Positions 37,544 through 47,781 are shown, counted from the stretch's first letter. The stretch: DNA of 64,000 nt from Polyangiaceae bacterium (GCA_965222375.1 CBDCTZ010000015.1:928001-992000), one strand, 5' to 3'. Numbers and translations are program-made. The notes: generated by a model from the sequence alone, not told the origin.

Positions 37544-37930
37544 CTAGTCCACCCAAGCGATCGTGCCCGCGAGCGCAAGGGCTAGCGGCTCTGGAGTGGC
37601 GGTCCGCAATAGGCGGTTGGAGTCCTTGGATTGCCCAGCCTCTGTGCGGCTCACCGTCACGTGAAGCACGCCTTGGTCCTGCGGGCGAGTCGTAGACCCG
37701 GCCATTTCGATCAGCAACGCTTGAACGCTCTCGTCGTGATACTCGGCGGTCGCGCTCAGCGGCACCCGTTCGCCAACCTGCGCCAAGCCTGGCACCCAGG
37801 ACTCTGAGAAGTCCCCTCGCTCGACTCCAAAGGCGAGAGTTACGTGACCGCCACGCAACACCGGATGGCGAGCCAGCGCCAAGACTCGCTCCCGACTCGG
37901 GGCATCCAATTGGACTTCCAAGCGGGCCAC
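37544..37930 (-). CDS. Small 2H-phosphoesterase-like protein
   Basis: Two HxT motifs: GHVTLAF and LHVTVS. Confidence 0.7.
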   Translation of the reverse strand: MARLEVQLDAPSRERVLALARHPVLRGGHVTLAFGVERGDFSESWVPGLAQVGERVPLSATAEYHDESVQALLIEMAGSTTRPQDQGVLHVTVSRTEAGQSKDSNRLLRTATPEPLALALAGTIAWVD

Positions 37931-37973
37931 GACGCAGCAGTATAGCGCAGCCCTCGACGTCGCGGTGTGCAGG

Positions 37974-39032
37974 TCAGCTGCCGCAGTGGGTCCCCAATCC
38001 CGTCAGCACGTCGACGCCGGCTCCGGTCCATTCCTGCGCGGGGTTGAATGCGCTGCCCCCGTTGGTCCTGCCCTGCAGCACCGAACACTTTCGGCGCAGA
38101 GTTTGGTCCGCGGTGGAGGTGCTTCCAGTGCCCCAGGCCGTCACAGGGTCGAATCCGGTCTGACCGAACACGTCGTGGGTCTTGCCACCGCAGATGATTT
38201 CATAGGCGTCGTTGCCGTTGTGGTTGATCGAACTCGTGAGTTGGTCGCAGTTTTGCGCGGACACGATCTTGCTGTGACAGATGACGAAAGTCTTGCCCGG
38301 TAGGAGCTGTCCGCCGGTCTGAATACCCGTGATCAGATACGGTGTCGTCGATCCATTCGAATACCTGCGCAACTCACAGCTAGACAGATCCACACTGCCC
38401 TTGCCGACATTGAACAGCTCGAGTGCCTTGTTGTTGCTCGAGCCCTCGACGTATTCGCTGAATAGAAGCGTACCGCTGCCGCTGCCGCCCCCAGAGCCGC
38501 CCGTCGAGCCTCCAAAGCCGCCGCTCCCCGACGTGCCACCGCCGGTGCCGCCGAAACCGCCAGTGGAACCACCACTACCGGAGCCGCCACCCGTCGACCC
38601 TCCAAAGCCGCCGGTGGAGCCTCCAAAGCCCCCCGTCGAACCGCCGAAGCCGCTCGAGGCGCCGGTACCCGTGCCGCCGGACGCGCCCGCTCCACCAAAG
38701 CCACCACTGGCCGACCCGGCGCTCCCAGCTGCGCCGCTGGCGCCGGCGAACCCACCGAACGCTCCGAACCCGCCGCCCCCGCCGCCGCACATGCCGGCAC
38801 TCTGATAGCCCTGATAGGCCGCCGCACAAGACTGCGCTGGATTGGCCGATTGGCTCAGAGACTCCACCTGCGCGTCACAGGCTGGACGCAGCGAGCTGTC
38901 GAGAGCCGTGCAGCATTGAGCGAGGGTCGCGCACTCGCCCCTCAGTCCGCCACCACCACCAGGCGACGAGCTACAGGCGAGGCTCAACAAGGCCAAGGGC
39001 CAAAGGCAAACTAAGGAGGCGGGAGATCGCAT
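37974..39032 (-). CDS. Gly-rich lipoprotein with C-terminal lamin-tail-like domain
   Basis: LSLAC lipobox, GGFGGST repeats, LLFSEYVEGSSNNKALELFN. Confidence 0.85.
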   Translation of the reverse strand: MRSPASLVCLWPLALLSLACSSSPGGGGGLRGECATLAQCCTALDSSLRPACDAQVESLSQSANPAQSCAAAYQGYQSAGMCGGGGGGFGAFGGFAGASGAAGSAGSASGGFGGAGASGGTGTGASSGFGGSTGGFGGSTGGFGGSTGGGSGSGGSTGGFGGTGGGTSGSGGFGGSTGGSGGGSGSGTLLFSEYVEGSSNNKALELFNVGKGSVDLSSCELRRYSNGSTTPYLITGIQTGGQLLPGKTFVICHSKIVSAQNCDQLTSSINHNGNDAYEIICGGKTHDVFGQTGFDPVTAWGTGSTSTADQTLRRKCSVLQGRTNGGSAFNPAQEWTGAGVDVLTGLGTHCGS

Positions 39033-39058
39033 GGGTTGTCACCAACCGAGTCGATTTC

Positions 39059-39073
39059 GCAAGGTCCGTGCCA
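39059..39073 (-). promoter_or_regulatory. sigma54 promoter TGGCACG-GACC-TTGC
   Basis: Perfect -24/-12 consensus upstream of the gene starting at 39032. Confidence 0.8.
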
Positions 39074-39361
39074 CGGAAATCCGCTCGAAAAAGTGGCGCA
39101 GCGCGGGCTCAATGCGGCGGCTCTGCCACAGTTCGCCCTGGGCAACGTGGCAGCGGCCCCCCAAGCCTTGTTGCACCCCACGGCGATTGAGCGCGGGGGT
39201 GGGTTGGGGGTCGCGGACATGGGCGGCCGGCGTGCCCTAATCCCAAGCTTCTTCGCGTGGTGCGCTGGGCGAGATCCTACGAGAGTCGTGCCCCGCCTCC
39301 GCACCAGAGACGCGACCCCAACACCAATGCTCAGATCTTCGCGAGCCCGGGAGCTAGCGCT

Positions 39362-42235
39362 TCATTCGACCCAGTCGACTTCCTGTTCCGGCATCGTCCG
39401 GAACTTCGTATCGATCTCGTCCATCAGCTCTGCAAACCAGGTCTCTATCTTCGGACCGTTCTTGCGCACGCTGTTGGTGTAAAACGTTCCGCGAATGCAC
39501 TCGGCCTCTTCCTTCCCGGGGCGGCAGCGGCCATCCACGTAGACCATGATGGCCTTGGGAAGTCGCGTTGCCCGAGAGTCACCACCGAAGTTCATCCAGT
39601 TGGCGAGGAAGATGATCGCCGCCTTGAGATCTTCTGGCGTCTGACCATAGCCGTGAAGCAGGTAGATGACTGGGTACTTCTTGTCTTTGGCTCCGACGTG
39701 AGCGTAGCCAGGTGGAAGCGTCACGCTGACGGGCCCCTTGCGCCCAAGGGAGTCCGTGAATTCGAAATCGCAGGCACCGATGACTTCACAGTCGGGCGCA
39801 CCGGGCGCCGGCTCGATAGCGCCTGCCTCGTCGAAGGTGCGTGGCGCGTCGGGCCAACGTGAACCGATGTAGTACAGCGCGGCCTGTAGGCGGCGTGCGA
39901 TTTCCGTCGCAGTACCCACGTGCTGCCCGGAGCCCTGCTCCACATCCGCAGCGCTTGGGTCATTCTTGCCATAGCGATACATGACGCCGCCGGGGATGTC
40001 CGCCCAGTCGTTCAGCCCCGCGACGAAGCTCACCGGATCGCTCGGGTCCTGGCCCGGGATGTGCTGCGTCTCATGGTAGTAGTGCACAATCCGACCGCGC
40101 GCGGACCACGCGCCCGCGAGGGCCTGCGCGTCCACGGCGAAGTTGAAGAGGTCCCGGGTGCCGCCGTCGGTCCACATGTCGAGGCGGTGAAAAGCGGCGT
40201 CGTCCATGGGCTTTTCGTGGGTGCCCCAGGGGTGCTGCTCGATCACGGTGCGAGAGTCCCGCTCCAGGAACTTGCGATAGCCCGGCGCATAGTCGAACTT
40301 GCCGTTGCCCTCGCCAAAGTCGTAGGGGCTGGAAGCGGTCTTGTCCACGCCATCGAGACCGAAATCCTTGTAAGGCTCGCCCTCGTCCCAGCGCAGATTG
40401 CCTTCGGTGCCAAGCGGGTTGTACTGGGGGTGCCAATCGTCCCCGGCAGGGTCGTCGTTCACCCCAGCTTCGTAGCCAGGCTCTTGGGCGGAGGGCTTTC
40501 CGTCCTTGCCAAAGTCGTCGTAGGGCTCGTGGCCCTGACGAATGATGGGCTCGTTCAAGTCGCGGACACCGTTGTTGTTGTAGTCGACGGCGAGGGCCAG
40601 CTCCAAGGGCTTGTCGTTGCCGCTGTCCTTCCAGGTGTTGGCGTAGGGCGAGAGAGTCTTGTCCTGGGGTGAGCCGTCACACACGGTGATCACCGGGAAC
40701 GTACCCAAGGGATTGAATTCGTCATCGTAGTAGTTGGTGAGCACCTTGGTGTACTTGCAGCGCTCAGGCGCGCAGGTGCTAGCGAGTTCTTTCTGCTTCT
40801 CTTCGGTGGGGTGCCCGTCGATGGGGTCGACCCAGACTGCACAGTCGCGATTGCTGCGATCACCGACGATGGTCTGGTCGTCCGGGTCGATGCCAGCCGG
40901 AAGATTCTCCGCCCCTGGCGTGGGGTTGTAGCTATTCGGGTTGCCGAACATGAGAGCCAGATCTCGGAAGATCTGTACGTATTCGGCGCGATCGAAGCTG
41001 CCGCCGTTGCCAGTCTTCGGGAACTCGTACCACCACTCGTTGAAGGTCTGAGTGTGCTCGTAGGGCAGCGTCGGCTCGGGCCGCGGCAGCAACGCGCCCG
41101 GCGTCACACCATCGCTCTTTCCGAAGCCTCCGAGGTGGTTCTTCTCGATATGCCCGAGCAGCCAGGTCCAATCCACCGGCCCACCCAGCGGTGCCAAAAC
41201 ATCGAAACGCTGGTGAAAACGGGTACCGAAGGTCGCAGTCCCGCCGCCCCCCATGGAGATCCCGATCAAGGCACGGTGAGTCAGCCTGCGCTTGCGGCTG
41301 ACGGTTCCGCCGTCGGTCTGAACCACGGCTTGGTAGGTTCCGAGCCATGGCGCACGGAACTCAAGCGCCCAACCGTTGCTGCCTTTCACCATTCGTGGGT
41401 TGGTGATCGGAATGGTGCGCGGCTCTTTGGCAGATGGGCCCGTGTAAGAAACCGTCACGTGTCGCAATCGCGCCGCGTCAGGCATCCTGGCCGGGTTGAC
41501 CGGTATCGAGAACGGGATCTCGCGCTGCAGCTTGGTAGCGGCAGGACCAAACGTGACGGCTGGTCCCAGAGACGTGAAACCATCGGGCAGCTGATCGGGA
41601 GCACAGGTCAGCGTTACGTCAATAGGATCGACGTGCCACAAGAAGCTTCCTTCGTTCGCCGCCTTGGCTTGCTTGGGCAGACTGATGGACGCGGCCGCTA
41701 TCGCGCCACTACCAGCGATTGTGCTGCCATCGCCGAGCGTCCCGGAGCCGCTACCCGAACACGTCGGCAAGTCAGGACTCATGACTTCGACGCTGATCTT
41801 CTTTTCGGTCGTGGTTCCATCGCCAGTGGGGAACGCCGCCGTGATCGTAGCAGTGCCTGCTTTCTTGCCGGTCAGCTTGACGGTAACGCGGGCCCGTTCG
41901 AGATCGAGGCGCTCCGCGGCTGGCGGATCGACGACGGAGTCGTCGTCGCTCGTAAATGTGAGCTCTTCGGGCACGCACACATCGGGAACGACGAGCACGT
42001 CGACTTCCCGTGACTTGTCTGGCGCGACAACGACTCGGTCTGGCAGAGCGTGAACCGCCACGAAGTCCGGCTCTGGCGGGTAGAGGCACAGCTCGCCTGG
42101 CCCGGGGACTGGAAAGCTCCCGGAATCTGGGCCAGGTTGGCCGCCATTGCCTTCCTCGCCGTCGCCGCAACTCGCCGCCAAGGCCAGCGCAAATGGGGCC
42201 AGGGGTAGCCAAATCCAGGTTTTGCGAGCACTCAC
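39362..42235 (-). CDS. Large lipoprotein with alpha/beta-hydrolase (esterase) motifs in permuted order
   Basis: LAASC lipobox; GISMGG nucleophile motif; C-terminal LPPGY..YPVIYLLHGYG; GGAGG RBS. Confidence 0.85.
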   Translation of the reverse strand: MSARKTWIWLPLAPFALALAASCGDGEEGNGGQPGPDSGSFPVPGPGELCLYPPEPDFVAVHALPDRVVVAPDKSREVDVLVVPDVCVPEELTFTSDDDSVVDPPAAERLDLERARVTVKLTGKKAGTATITAAFPTGDGTTTEKKISVEVMSPDLPTCSGSGSGTLGDGSTIAGSGAIAAASISLPKQAKAANEGSFLWHVDPIDVTLTCAPDQLPDGFTSLGPAVTFGPAATKLQREIPFSIPVNPARMPDAARLRHVTVSYTGPSAKEPRTIPITNPRMVKGSNGWALEFRAPWLGTYQAVVQTDGGTVSRKRRLTHRALIGISMGGGGTATFGTRFHQRFDVLAPLGGPVDWTWLLGHIEKNHLGGFGKSDGVTPGALLPRPEPTLPYEHTQTFNEWWYEFPKTGNGGSFDRAEYVQIFRDLALMFGNPNSYNPTPGAENLPAGIDPDDQTIVGDRSNRDCAVWVDPIDGHPTEEKQKELASTCAPERCKYTKVLTNYYDDEFNPLGTFPVITVCDGSPQDKTLSPYANTWKDSGNDKPLELALAVDYNNNGVRDLNEPIIRQGHEPYDDFGKDGKPSAQEPGYEAGVNDDPAGDDWHPQYNPLGTEGNLRWDEGEPYKDFGLDGVDKTASSPYDFGEGNGKFDYAPGYRKFLERDSRTVIEQHPWGTHEKPMDDAAFHRLDMWTDGGTRDLFNFAVDAQALAGAWSARGRIVHYYHETQHIPGQDPSDPVSFVAGLNDWADIPGGVMYRYGKNDPSAADVEQGSGQHVGTATEIARRLQAALYYIGSRWPDAPRTFDEAGAIEPAPGAPDCEVIGACDFEFTDSLGRKGPVSVTLPPGYAHVGAKDKKYPVIYLLHGYGQTPEDLKAAIIFLANWMNFGGDSRATRLPKAIMVYVDGRCRPGKEEAECIRGTFYTNSVRKNGPKIETWFAELMDEIDTKFRTMPEQEVDWVE

Positions 42236-42324
42236 TAGTCAGCCTCCGCCCTCGGTGGGGATTGTGGAGGGGCATGGTAGCGGCCTTTCCCCTCTCGCGC
42301 CCAAGGGACAGGGGAGACTCACAA

Positions 42325-42385
42325 AAAAAGTGTCCGCGCAGAGGGGCCGGGGGGGGGACAGCCTCGCTCCACGCGGACACTTTTT
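42325..42385. terminator. 14-bp inverted repeat with T-tracts on both strands (possible bidirectional terminator or attenuator)
   Basis: AAAAAGTGTCCGCG (42325-42338) and CGCGGACACTTTTT (42372-42385). Confidence 0.55.
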
Positions 42386-42391
42386 CAGGTA

Positions 42392-42406
42392 GCAGCGCAC
42401 GTGCCA
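42392..42406 (-). promoter_or_regulatory. sigma54-like promoter TGGCACG-TGCG-CTGC
   Basis: GG-N10-GC with perfect -24 element, upstream of the gene starting at 42235. Confidence 0.6.
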
Positions 42407-42592
42407 AATTGCAAATAGCTGAATTCGCAAAACAAACAGCCACGTGGCGGCGTTTTCACGCCGCTCATCGTGCACATCACGACATCCGCGTTTCAAATTT
42501 GAAATGCGGACAGCCCCAACGCGCTCGGAGGTCCCCGAAGCTTCGTGAGCCGCGGTTGCCGCCGTCGCGTAGTCCCGGCCAGGAAGAATGGT

Positions 42593-45500
42593 TCAGGGGC
42601 GGCATTGAAATGCCCATCGACGGCCGGTGCGCTGACGGTCCCCGAGGGTGAGGCGCACCAGAGGACGGCCCGACGCCAACGCCGTTAAATCGGCTTTGGC
42701 CAACCGCGCAGGTACGTCCTTTTCAGCCCGAGCACTGAGGCCTTCGAGGCAGAGCCCGCTGACGCTCGCGAGCAGCTTCGCACGCACGTTGCGCGCGCGG
42801 ACCGAGTTCGCACTACCCACGAAGTCCAAGTAGGGACTGACCGGCGGCTCGACGACAATCTCGTAGCCGTCGTCCCCGGGGCGGCACGGCCCGGGGGCTT
42901 TCGCCAAGTGTCGAGGCGTGAGCTCCAAAGGAGGGCCCGCTTCTCCGGTGTCCGTGCCGAGCGGGTACACATACCAACGCGTGGCCAGCCCTCGGGTGCG
43001 CCTGGCGCGCACTAGGATCCCAAGCGCGTCACCCCTTGCGGTGCGAACGAGCGAAGTCACTACGTTGCCTCGAGAGCGCGGTCCGTGACGGAGCGCATAG
43101 GCGCGCACGCTAACAAGCTTGTTGCCAACGACGCGAAACACGCGGAACGAGTTGTGGCCTTGCGCGCCCGCGACATACCAGGTGCTCCCCGCCTTGACAA
43201 CACTGTTGAGTTGGTACAACCCCGCCCGGGAAACATCGGGAACCGAGATGACTGCCCGGCCCGCTTCGAGCAAGTACAGATCCATCGTGCCCCGGGCATT
43301 GACGAGTACGCCCCCGGCACGGCCGGAGCTTTCCAAAGCGCCAGTCCAAGACACGGGAGCGTTAGGGTCACGACCGAAGGCCTGTGCAGCCGCCACCGCA
43401 TCTCCGAAAGGTGGACGCGAGACCGCGGTGGACCAGACCGCACCCCCGACGCTCATGACGTCGAAGCCGCGAAACTGCCACGAACCGACCCGATCCCAAC
43501 GGGCGCCCCGAGCGCCCCAGGCGTAGGCACGCAATGGCGCCATCGTTCGCTCCAAACCGTGCTCCACCCCAAGGGCGTCGCGACCCCGCTTGGGCGGCGC
43601 AACCCCGAAAAAGCCCAACCACGGTGTGGACTCCAAGTCGTTAGTGGTCAACGTCCGGGGGTTCCGCCAGTTGCGCCGACGCCGACGGGGAGGCTGGGGC
43701 GCGGGCTTCCCGGCAACGGGCCCAGCAACTGCCCCGGTAGGGGCGCATTCCAGCTGCCAGCGACCACCTCGGCTCGATGGCAAGGTCGTCGACCGCGGAG
43801 TGTCCGCTGCCTCGAGCTGTTCATCTTCAGAGTCACCGCGATAACCAACCCGAAGCCATGCCCCAAAAGCGCAGCCGGCGCGCGTACAGCCCTGCTCGCG
43901 GGCGTCGAAAGCTAGCAGCTTCGTGCTCTTCTTTCGCGGCGTCGCAGGAAGCTCGACTTCGCGCCAGGTGAATCCGCCGTTCGTGCTCTCCGCGCCACGA
44001 CCGCCCCGCCCTTTCACCAATGCCAGGGGTCCGGAAAGCAAAGATTGCCCGATGTCGTTTTCGATCTTCCCGACGCGGAGTTTGCCGTCCAGGTCGATTC
44101 GAACCCCCACGAAAGGCCCAGCCGCGACGACCCAACCTGCCAAGAAGGTTTTTGATGGTTTGCCCTTCTTCTTGGGGCTCCGCCATTCGGTGAAGCCATC
44201 GAGCCACAGGCCCTTCTTGAGAAGCGCCAGGGCCGACGCCTCCGCCTTGGGCAACTTCAGCTTCACGCTTTTGGAGGAACCACTCGTGCTGACAATCGTG
44301 ACCAGGCCCGACGCGCCCAGGCGAGGGGGGACGATCACGGCCACGCGGCCATCCCGGAGCGCCACGACCCGCTCGACGCCAACGTCACCTTTGACCCGGA
44401 TTTCACGGCGGCGCAATTTGCGGTCGATCACACAGTAGCCACCTTCCGACGGATCGGCCTCGGCGGCGCAGGGCCCTCGAACCACGAGTGCCCCGTTATC
44501 GCTGGAGGACACGAAACGCGGCTGGGCGAAGCTGGCAACCTGCTGCAGCTTCAGCTCGCGGTTCGCGGTGTAGATCGAGGTGCGCCCACGTTCTTGTCCG
44601 CAAACGAAACCGATCCCCGAGCCCAAGGGCACGCCCTGACACGTTGTGGCATCCGAAAGGGCGTCCTTCTTCACGTCGACAACTGCACCGTCCCGAAGCC
44701 GGACGCGACCAAGGGCTCCCTCATATAGAACCATCGCGGTGCCTTTGGTGTCCGGGATCCCTCGCAAAACTGCGGTGTGCAGAGGACGACGGCCCAAGGG
44801 AGATGGGCTGATGGCGGGAGGGTCGTCTTCCTTCTTTTTGGACGCGAGCTGCAGACCGCCGGGGACTGCATCTGCGAACATCGAGTCAGAGCGGGCCGCC
44901 TGATCGATAGCAAGCGTTCCATCCGAGAGTAATTGCAGTGTGCCCTTGCTCGTCTTGAGGAGCAGCTTGCCTTTGTCCAGGCTGACGCCGTAGCTGGGGA
45001 AGATGGGCACACTGCGCCAACTCGCACCGGCATCGAAGGTTGCCAGGATGCCTTGAAAGGGAACCTCGACGGCACCAACCCACGCGTCGAGCATGGCAAT
45101 GCTTCCGTAGGACGCTGCGGGAGGCAGCGAGCCAAGGTCTACGGCCTTCCCGCTCTCTGGGTCGAGAGCAATCACGTCGATGGATCGCCGCGCAGATAGG
45201 TAGATGCGATCGAAACCAGCGACCACCTTCGAAACGTCCATGTCGACGTTTGCGAAGGGCTTCAGCTCCCCCGTCCAAGTCTTGGAGCGCCAAAACAGGG
45301 TCGAACCAGAACCGCCGGAGTGAAAGAGAAAGCCGCCACCCAGACGCGCGGGCAGCTCGGTTGCCTGCACCCGCCGACGGTTTGGAAAGACCTGGCGGCC
45401 TCGCTGCAGGGTCCCGTCAAAGCGATCCACGACCCGCATGCCGGCGACGACCATGCGTTTGGAACTGTCGGGCTGTTTGCTGACGAAGGTCGGTTTGGTC

Positions 45501-45667
45501 AGTTCCGGCAGGACGAATACCTGCGCCGGTGTGACGTACGACATCTTCGCCTTGGCTTTCGCTTTGGTGCCGCCACTGCCCGTCGCCACACGAGCGTCGC
45601 CGCTCCGACCACCACAGCCGGCAAAAACGGCACAGATCACCAGCATTGGCAGGTGGCGGCGTGGCAT
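42593..45667 (-). CDS. Large hypothetical lipoprotein (beta-propeller/BNR-like repeats)
   Basis: VFAGC lipobox; TFDAGASW and STNGGFTW Asp-box-like motifs. Confidence 0.8.
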   Translation of the reverse strand: MPRRHLPMLVICAVFAGCGGRSGDARVATGSGGTKAKAKAKMSYVTPAQVFVLPELTKPTFVSKQPDSSKRMVVAGMRVVDRFDGTLQRGRQVFPNRRRVQATELPARLGGGFLFHSGGSGSTLFWRSKTWTGELKPFANVDMDVSKVVAGFDRIYLSARRSIDVIALDPESGKAVDLGSLPPAASYGSIAMLDAWVGAVEVPFQGILATFDAGASWRSVPIFPSYGVSLDKGKLLLKTSKGTLQLLSDGTLAIDQAARSDSMFADAVPGGLQLASKKKEDDPPAISPSPLGRRPLHTAVLRGIPDTKGTAMVLYEGALGRVRLRDGAVVDVKKDALSDATTCQGVPLGSGIGFVCGQERGRTSIYTANRELKLQQVASFAQPRFVSSSDNGALVVRGPCAAEADPSEGGYCVIDRKLRRREIRVKGDVGVERVVALRDGRVAVIVPPRLGASGLVTIVSTSGSSKSVKLKLPKAEASALALLKKGLWLDGFTEWRSPKKKGKPSKTFLAGWVVAAGPFVGVRIDLDGKLRVGKIENDIGQSLLSGPLALVKGRGGRGAESTNGGFTWREVELPATPRKKSTKLLAFDAREQGCTRAGCAFGAWLRVGYRGDSEDEQLEAADTPRSTTLPSSRGGRWQLECAPTGAVAGPVAGKPAPQPPRRRRRNWRNPRTLTTNDLESTPWLGFFGVAPPKRGRDALGVEHGLERTMAPLRAYAWGARGARWDRVGSWQFRGFDVMSVGGAVWSTAVSRPPFGDAVAAAQAFGRDPNAPVSWTGALESSGRAGGVLVNARGTMDLYLLEAGRAVISVPDVSRAGLYQLNSVVKAGSTWYVAGAQGHNSFRVFRVVGNKLVSVRAYALRHGPRSRGNVVTSLVRTARGDALGILVRARRTRGLATRWYVYPLGTDTGEAGPPLELTPRHLAKAPGPCRPGDDGYEIVVEPPVSPYLDFVGSANSVRARNVRAKLLASVSGLCLEGLSARAEKDVPARLAKADLTALASGRPLVRLTLGDRQRTGRRWAFQCRP

Positions 45668-45793
45668 GGTTTGAGCGTAGCGCGATTCTCCACGAGTCAC
45701 GCCGGCAAACTTGCGCACCCGGGCGGACGCGCCTAGCGTTCCCGGCGTTTGAGGGCCCCGCCGAACTGGCGCGGGGCGCAGAGGAGTCGAGTC

Positions 45794-46789
45794 ATGAGCA
45801 AAGTCGTTGCTGTCGTGGGCGCCACCGGGGCGGTCGGGCGAGAGATGTTGAGAACACTGGAGCGGCGAGCCTTCCCCGCAAGAAAGGTGGTGGCTTTGGC
45901 GTCCTCCCGGTCAGCGGGGCAAAAGCTACCCTTCGCCGGTGGACAGCTCGAAGTCCAGACCCTGGCTCCGGACAGTTTCGGAGGTATCGAGATCGCTCTG
46001 TTCAGCTGTGGCGGGAGCGTGTCTCGTGAGTACTCGCCCATCGCCGCCAAGGCCGGCGCTACGGTCATCGACAACTCAAGCGCCTGGCGCATGGATGCCG
46101 AGGTCCCGCTGGTGGTGCCAGAGGTCAACCCAGGAGCCGCAGCGCAACGACCCAAGGGAATCATCGCCAACCCCAACTGCAGCACCATCCAACTCGTGGT
46201 GGCGCTGAAACCCCTGCACCAGGCCGCACGCCTCAAGCACGTGGTTGTGTCGACCTATCAAGCCACGAGCGGCAAGGGCCACGCCGCCGTCGAGGAGTTG
46301 AGCACTCAGATTGCGGACCTAGCTGCCGGACGCACGCCGAAGGCCTCTGTGTTCCCGGCGCAGATGGCGGCCAACCTACAATCCGATTGGAAGCCTGGTG
46401 AGCACGGTTACTCGGACGAGGAACTGAAACTGGTCAACGAAACTAGGAAGATCCTGGGCGATGAGACCATCGCCGTGACGCCAACGTGCGTGCGGGTTCC
46501 TGTGGTTACCGGCCACAGCGAGGCCGTGCACCTACAATTCCACCGGGCCATGACCGCCAAAGAGGCGTGCGACCTCCTGCGTGACGCCCCAGGGATCTCG
46601 CTGGTCGAGGGTGACTATGCGCCGGCCGCAGAACCGCAGCCCCTTGCCGCGGCAGATACGGACCCGGTGTACGTCGGGCGAGTGCGCGACGACTTGGGAG
46701 TCAAGGGCGCAATCAACTTGTGGGTCGTCGCCGACAACCTGCGCAAGGGCGCCGCCCTCAACGCCGTGCAGATCGCGGAGCTACTCTGA
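45794..46789 (+). CDS. asd: Aspartate-semialdehyde dehydrogenase
   Basis: GATGAVG, IDNSSAWR, ANPNCST and DNLRKGAALNAVQIAE motifs. Confidence 0.97.
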   Translation: MSKVVAVVGATGAVGREMLRTLERRAFPARKVVALASSRSAGQKLPFAGGQLEVQTLAPDSFGGIEIALFSCGGSVSREYSPIAAKAGATVIDNSSAWRMDAEVPLVVPEVNPGAAAQRPKGIIANPNCSTIQLVVALKPLHQAARLKHVVVSTYQATSGKGHAAVEELSTQIADLAAGRTPKASVFPAQMAANLQSDWKPGEHGYSDEELKLVNETRKILGDETIAVTPTCVRVPVVTGHSEAVHLQFHRAMTAKEACDLLRDAPGISLVEGDYAPAAEPQPLAAADTDPVYVGRVRDDLGVKGAINLWVVADNLRKGAALNAVQIAELL

Positions 46790-47781
46790 TGACAGCCAGT
46801 AAGCGACCGGTTTCTCCGGGGGCCGAGGAAATCCTCGGCGCGTACTTTCCGGTGCTGGATCACGGCTTCGTTGCCCTGGTGGACTACATGGGCACCGACG
46901 AGTGCATCGAACGCGCGGCCCGGGTCAGCTACGGCTACGGCACGCGCAAAGCAAGCTTGACCCGGGGGCTATTGCGCTACTTGCGCAGGCATTTGCACAC
47001 GACCCCCTCGGAGATGGTCGAGCTGAAGTTTCATTGCTGTATGCCGATGTTCGTCGCACGGCAGTGGATCCGTCACCGCACGGCCAACGTCAATGAATAC
47101 AGCGGTCGCTACTCCTTGATGCCGCTGCTTTTCTACACTCCCAAGTCTGGTCAGTTGCAGACTCAGAGCCGCAAGAACAACCAGGGGCGCAGTGGAAGCC
47201 CCGTGAGCGACGCCGACTACCAAAAGGCTATCTCTCGTTGGAACGAAATCCGAAAGCTCAGCGCAAGCACCTACGAGTGGATGACCAGCGAGGACTTTGC
47301 CCGAGAGCTTGCTCGCATCGACTTGCCCCTGTCCACCTACACTCAGTGGTACTGGAAGATCGATCTACACAACTTGATGCATTTCTTGAAACTGCGCGTG
47401 GACCGTCACGCCCAGTGGGAGATCCAGGAATACGGTCGATTGATGGCGGCCATGCTCAAGCGTGTGGCGCCACATTCCTACGAAGCTTGGATCGACTACG
47501 ATGTTTGCGGGCACCGCATGAGCCGTATGGAGCTCGACGCCGTGCGCCAGCTCGTCAGCGCGGAGGATGGCGCACTCAAGAGCAGCGCTGGGTCCCTCGG
47601 CCCAGAGCAGCTCGAGAAGGTCGGGCTCAGCAAGCGGGAAGTGGCAGAGCTGGTTGCGAAACTGATGCCCAGCGCCGTGCCCGACTTCGAGTTGGATCTC
47701 TCGACGGCCAAGACCGGCGAATTCTTCGCCGAAAAGTGCAACTCTGCGGTACCCAAAGCGGACCGCCCTCCTCCGGCCTGA
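46789..47781 (+). CDS. thyX: FAD-dependent thymidylate synthase
   Basis: AARVSY, RQWIRHRTANVNEYSGRY, RELARIDLP and HAQWEIQ motifs; TGATG coupling to asd. Confidence 0.96.
   Translation: MTASKRPVSPGAEEILGAYFPVLDHGFVALVDYMGTDECIERAARVSYGYGTRKASLTRGLLRYLRRHLHTTPSEMVELKFHCCMPMFVARQWIRHRTANVNEYSGRYSLMPLLFYTPKSGQLQTQSRKNNQGRSGSPVSDADYQKAISRWNEIRKLSASTYEWMTSEDFARELARIDLPLSTYTQWYWKIDLHNLMHFLKLRVDRHAQWEIQEYGRLMAAMLKRVAPHSYEAWIDYDVCGHRMSRMELDAVRQLVSAEDGALKSSAGSLGPEQLEKVGLSKREVAELVAKLMPSAVPDFELDLSTAKTGEFFAEKCNSAVPKADRPPPA

Noticed and set aside
38470..38790. GGFGGST tandem repeats as a functional repeat array
   Set aside because: Ordinary Gly-rich lipoprotein linker; similar linkers occur in several genes in this window
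11039..42437. Shared GAATTCGCAAA(A)CAAA motif at about 11039 and 42421
   Set aside because: Only 11 identical bases with no flanking similarity; could be chance
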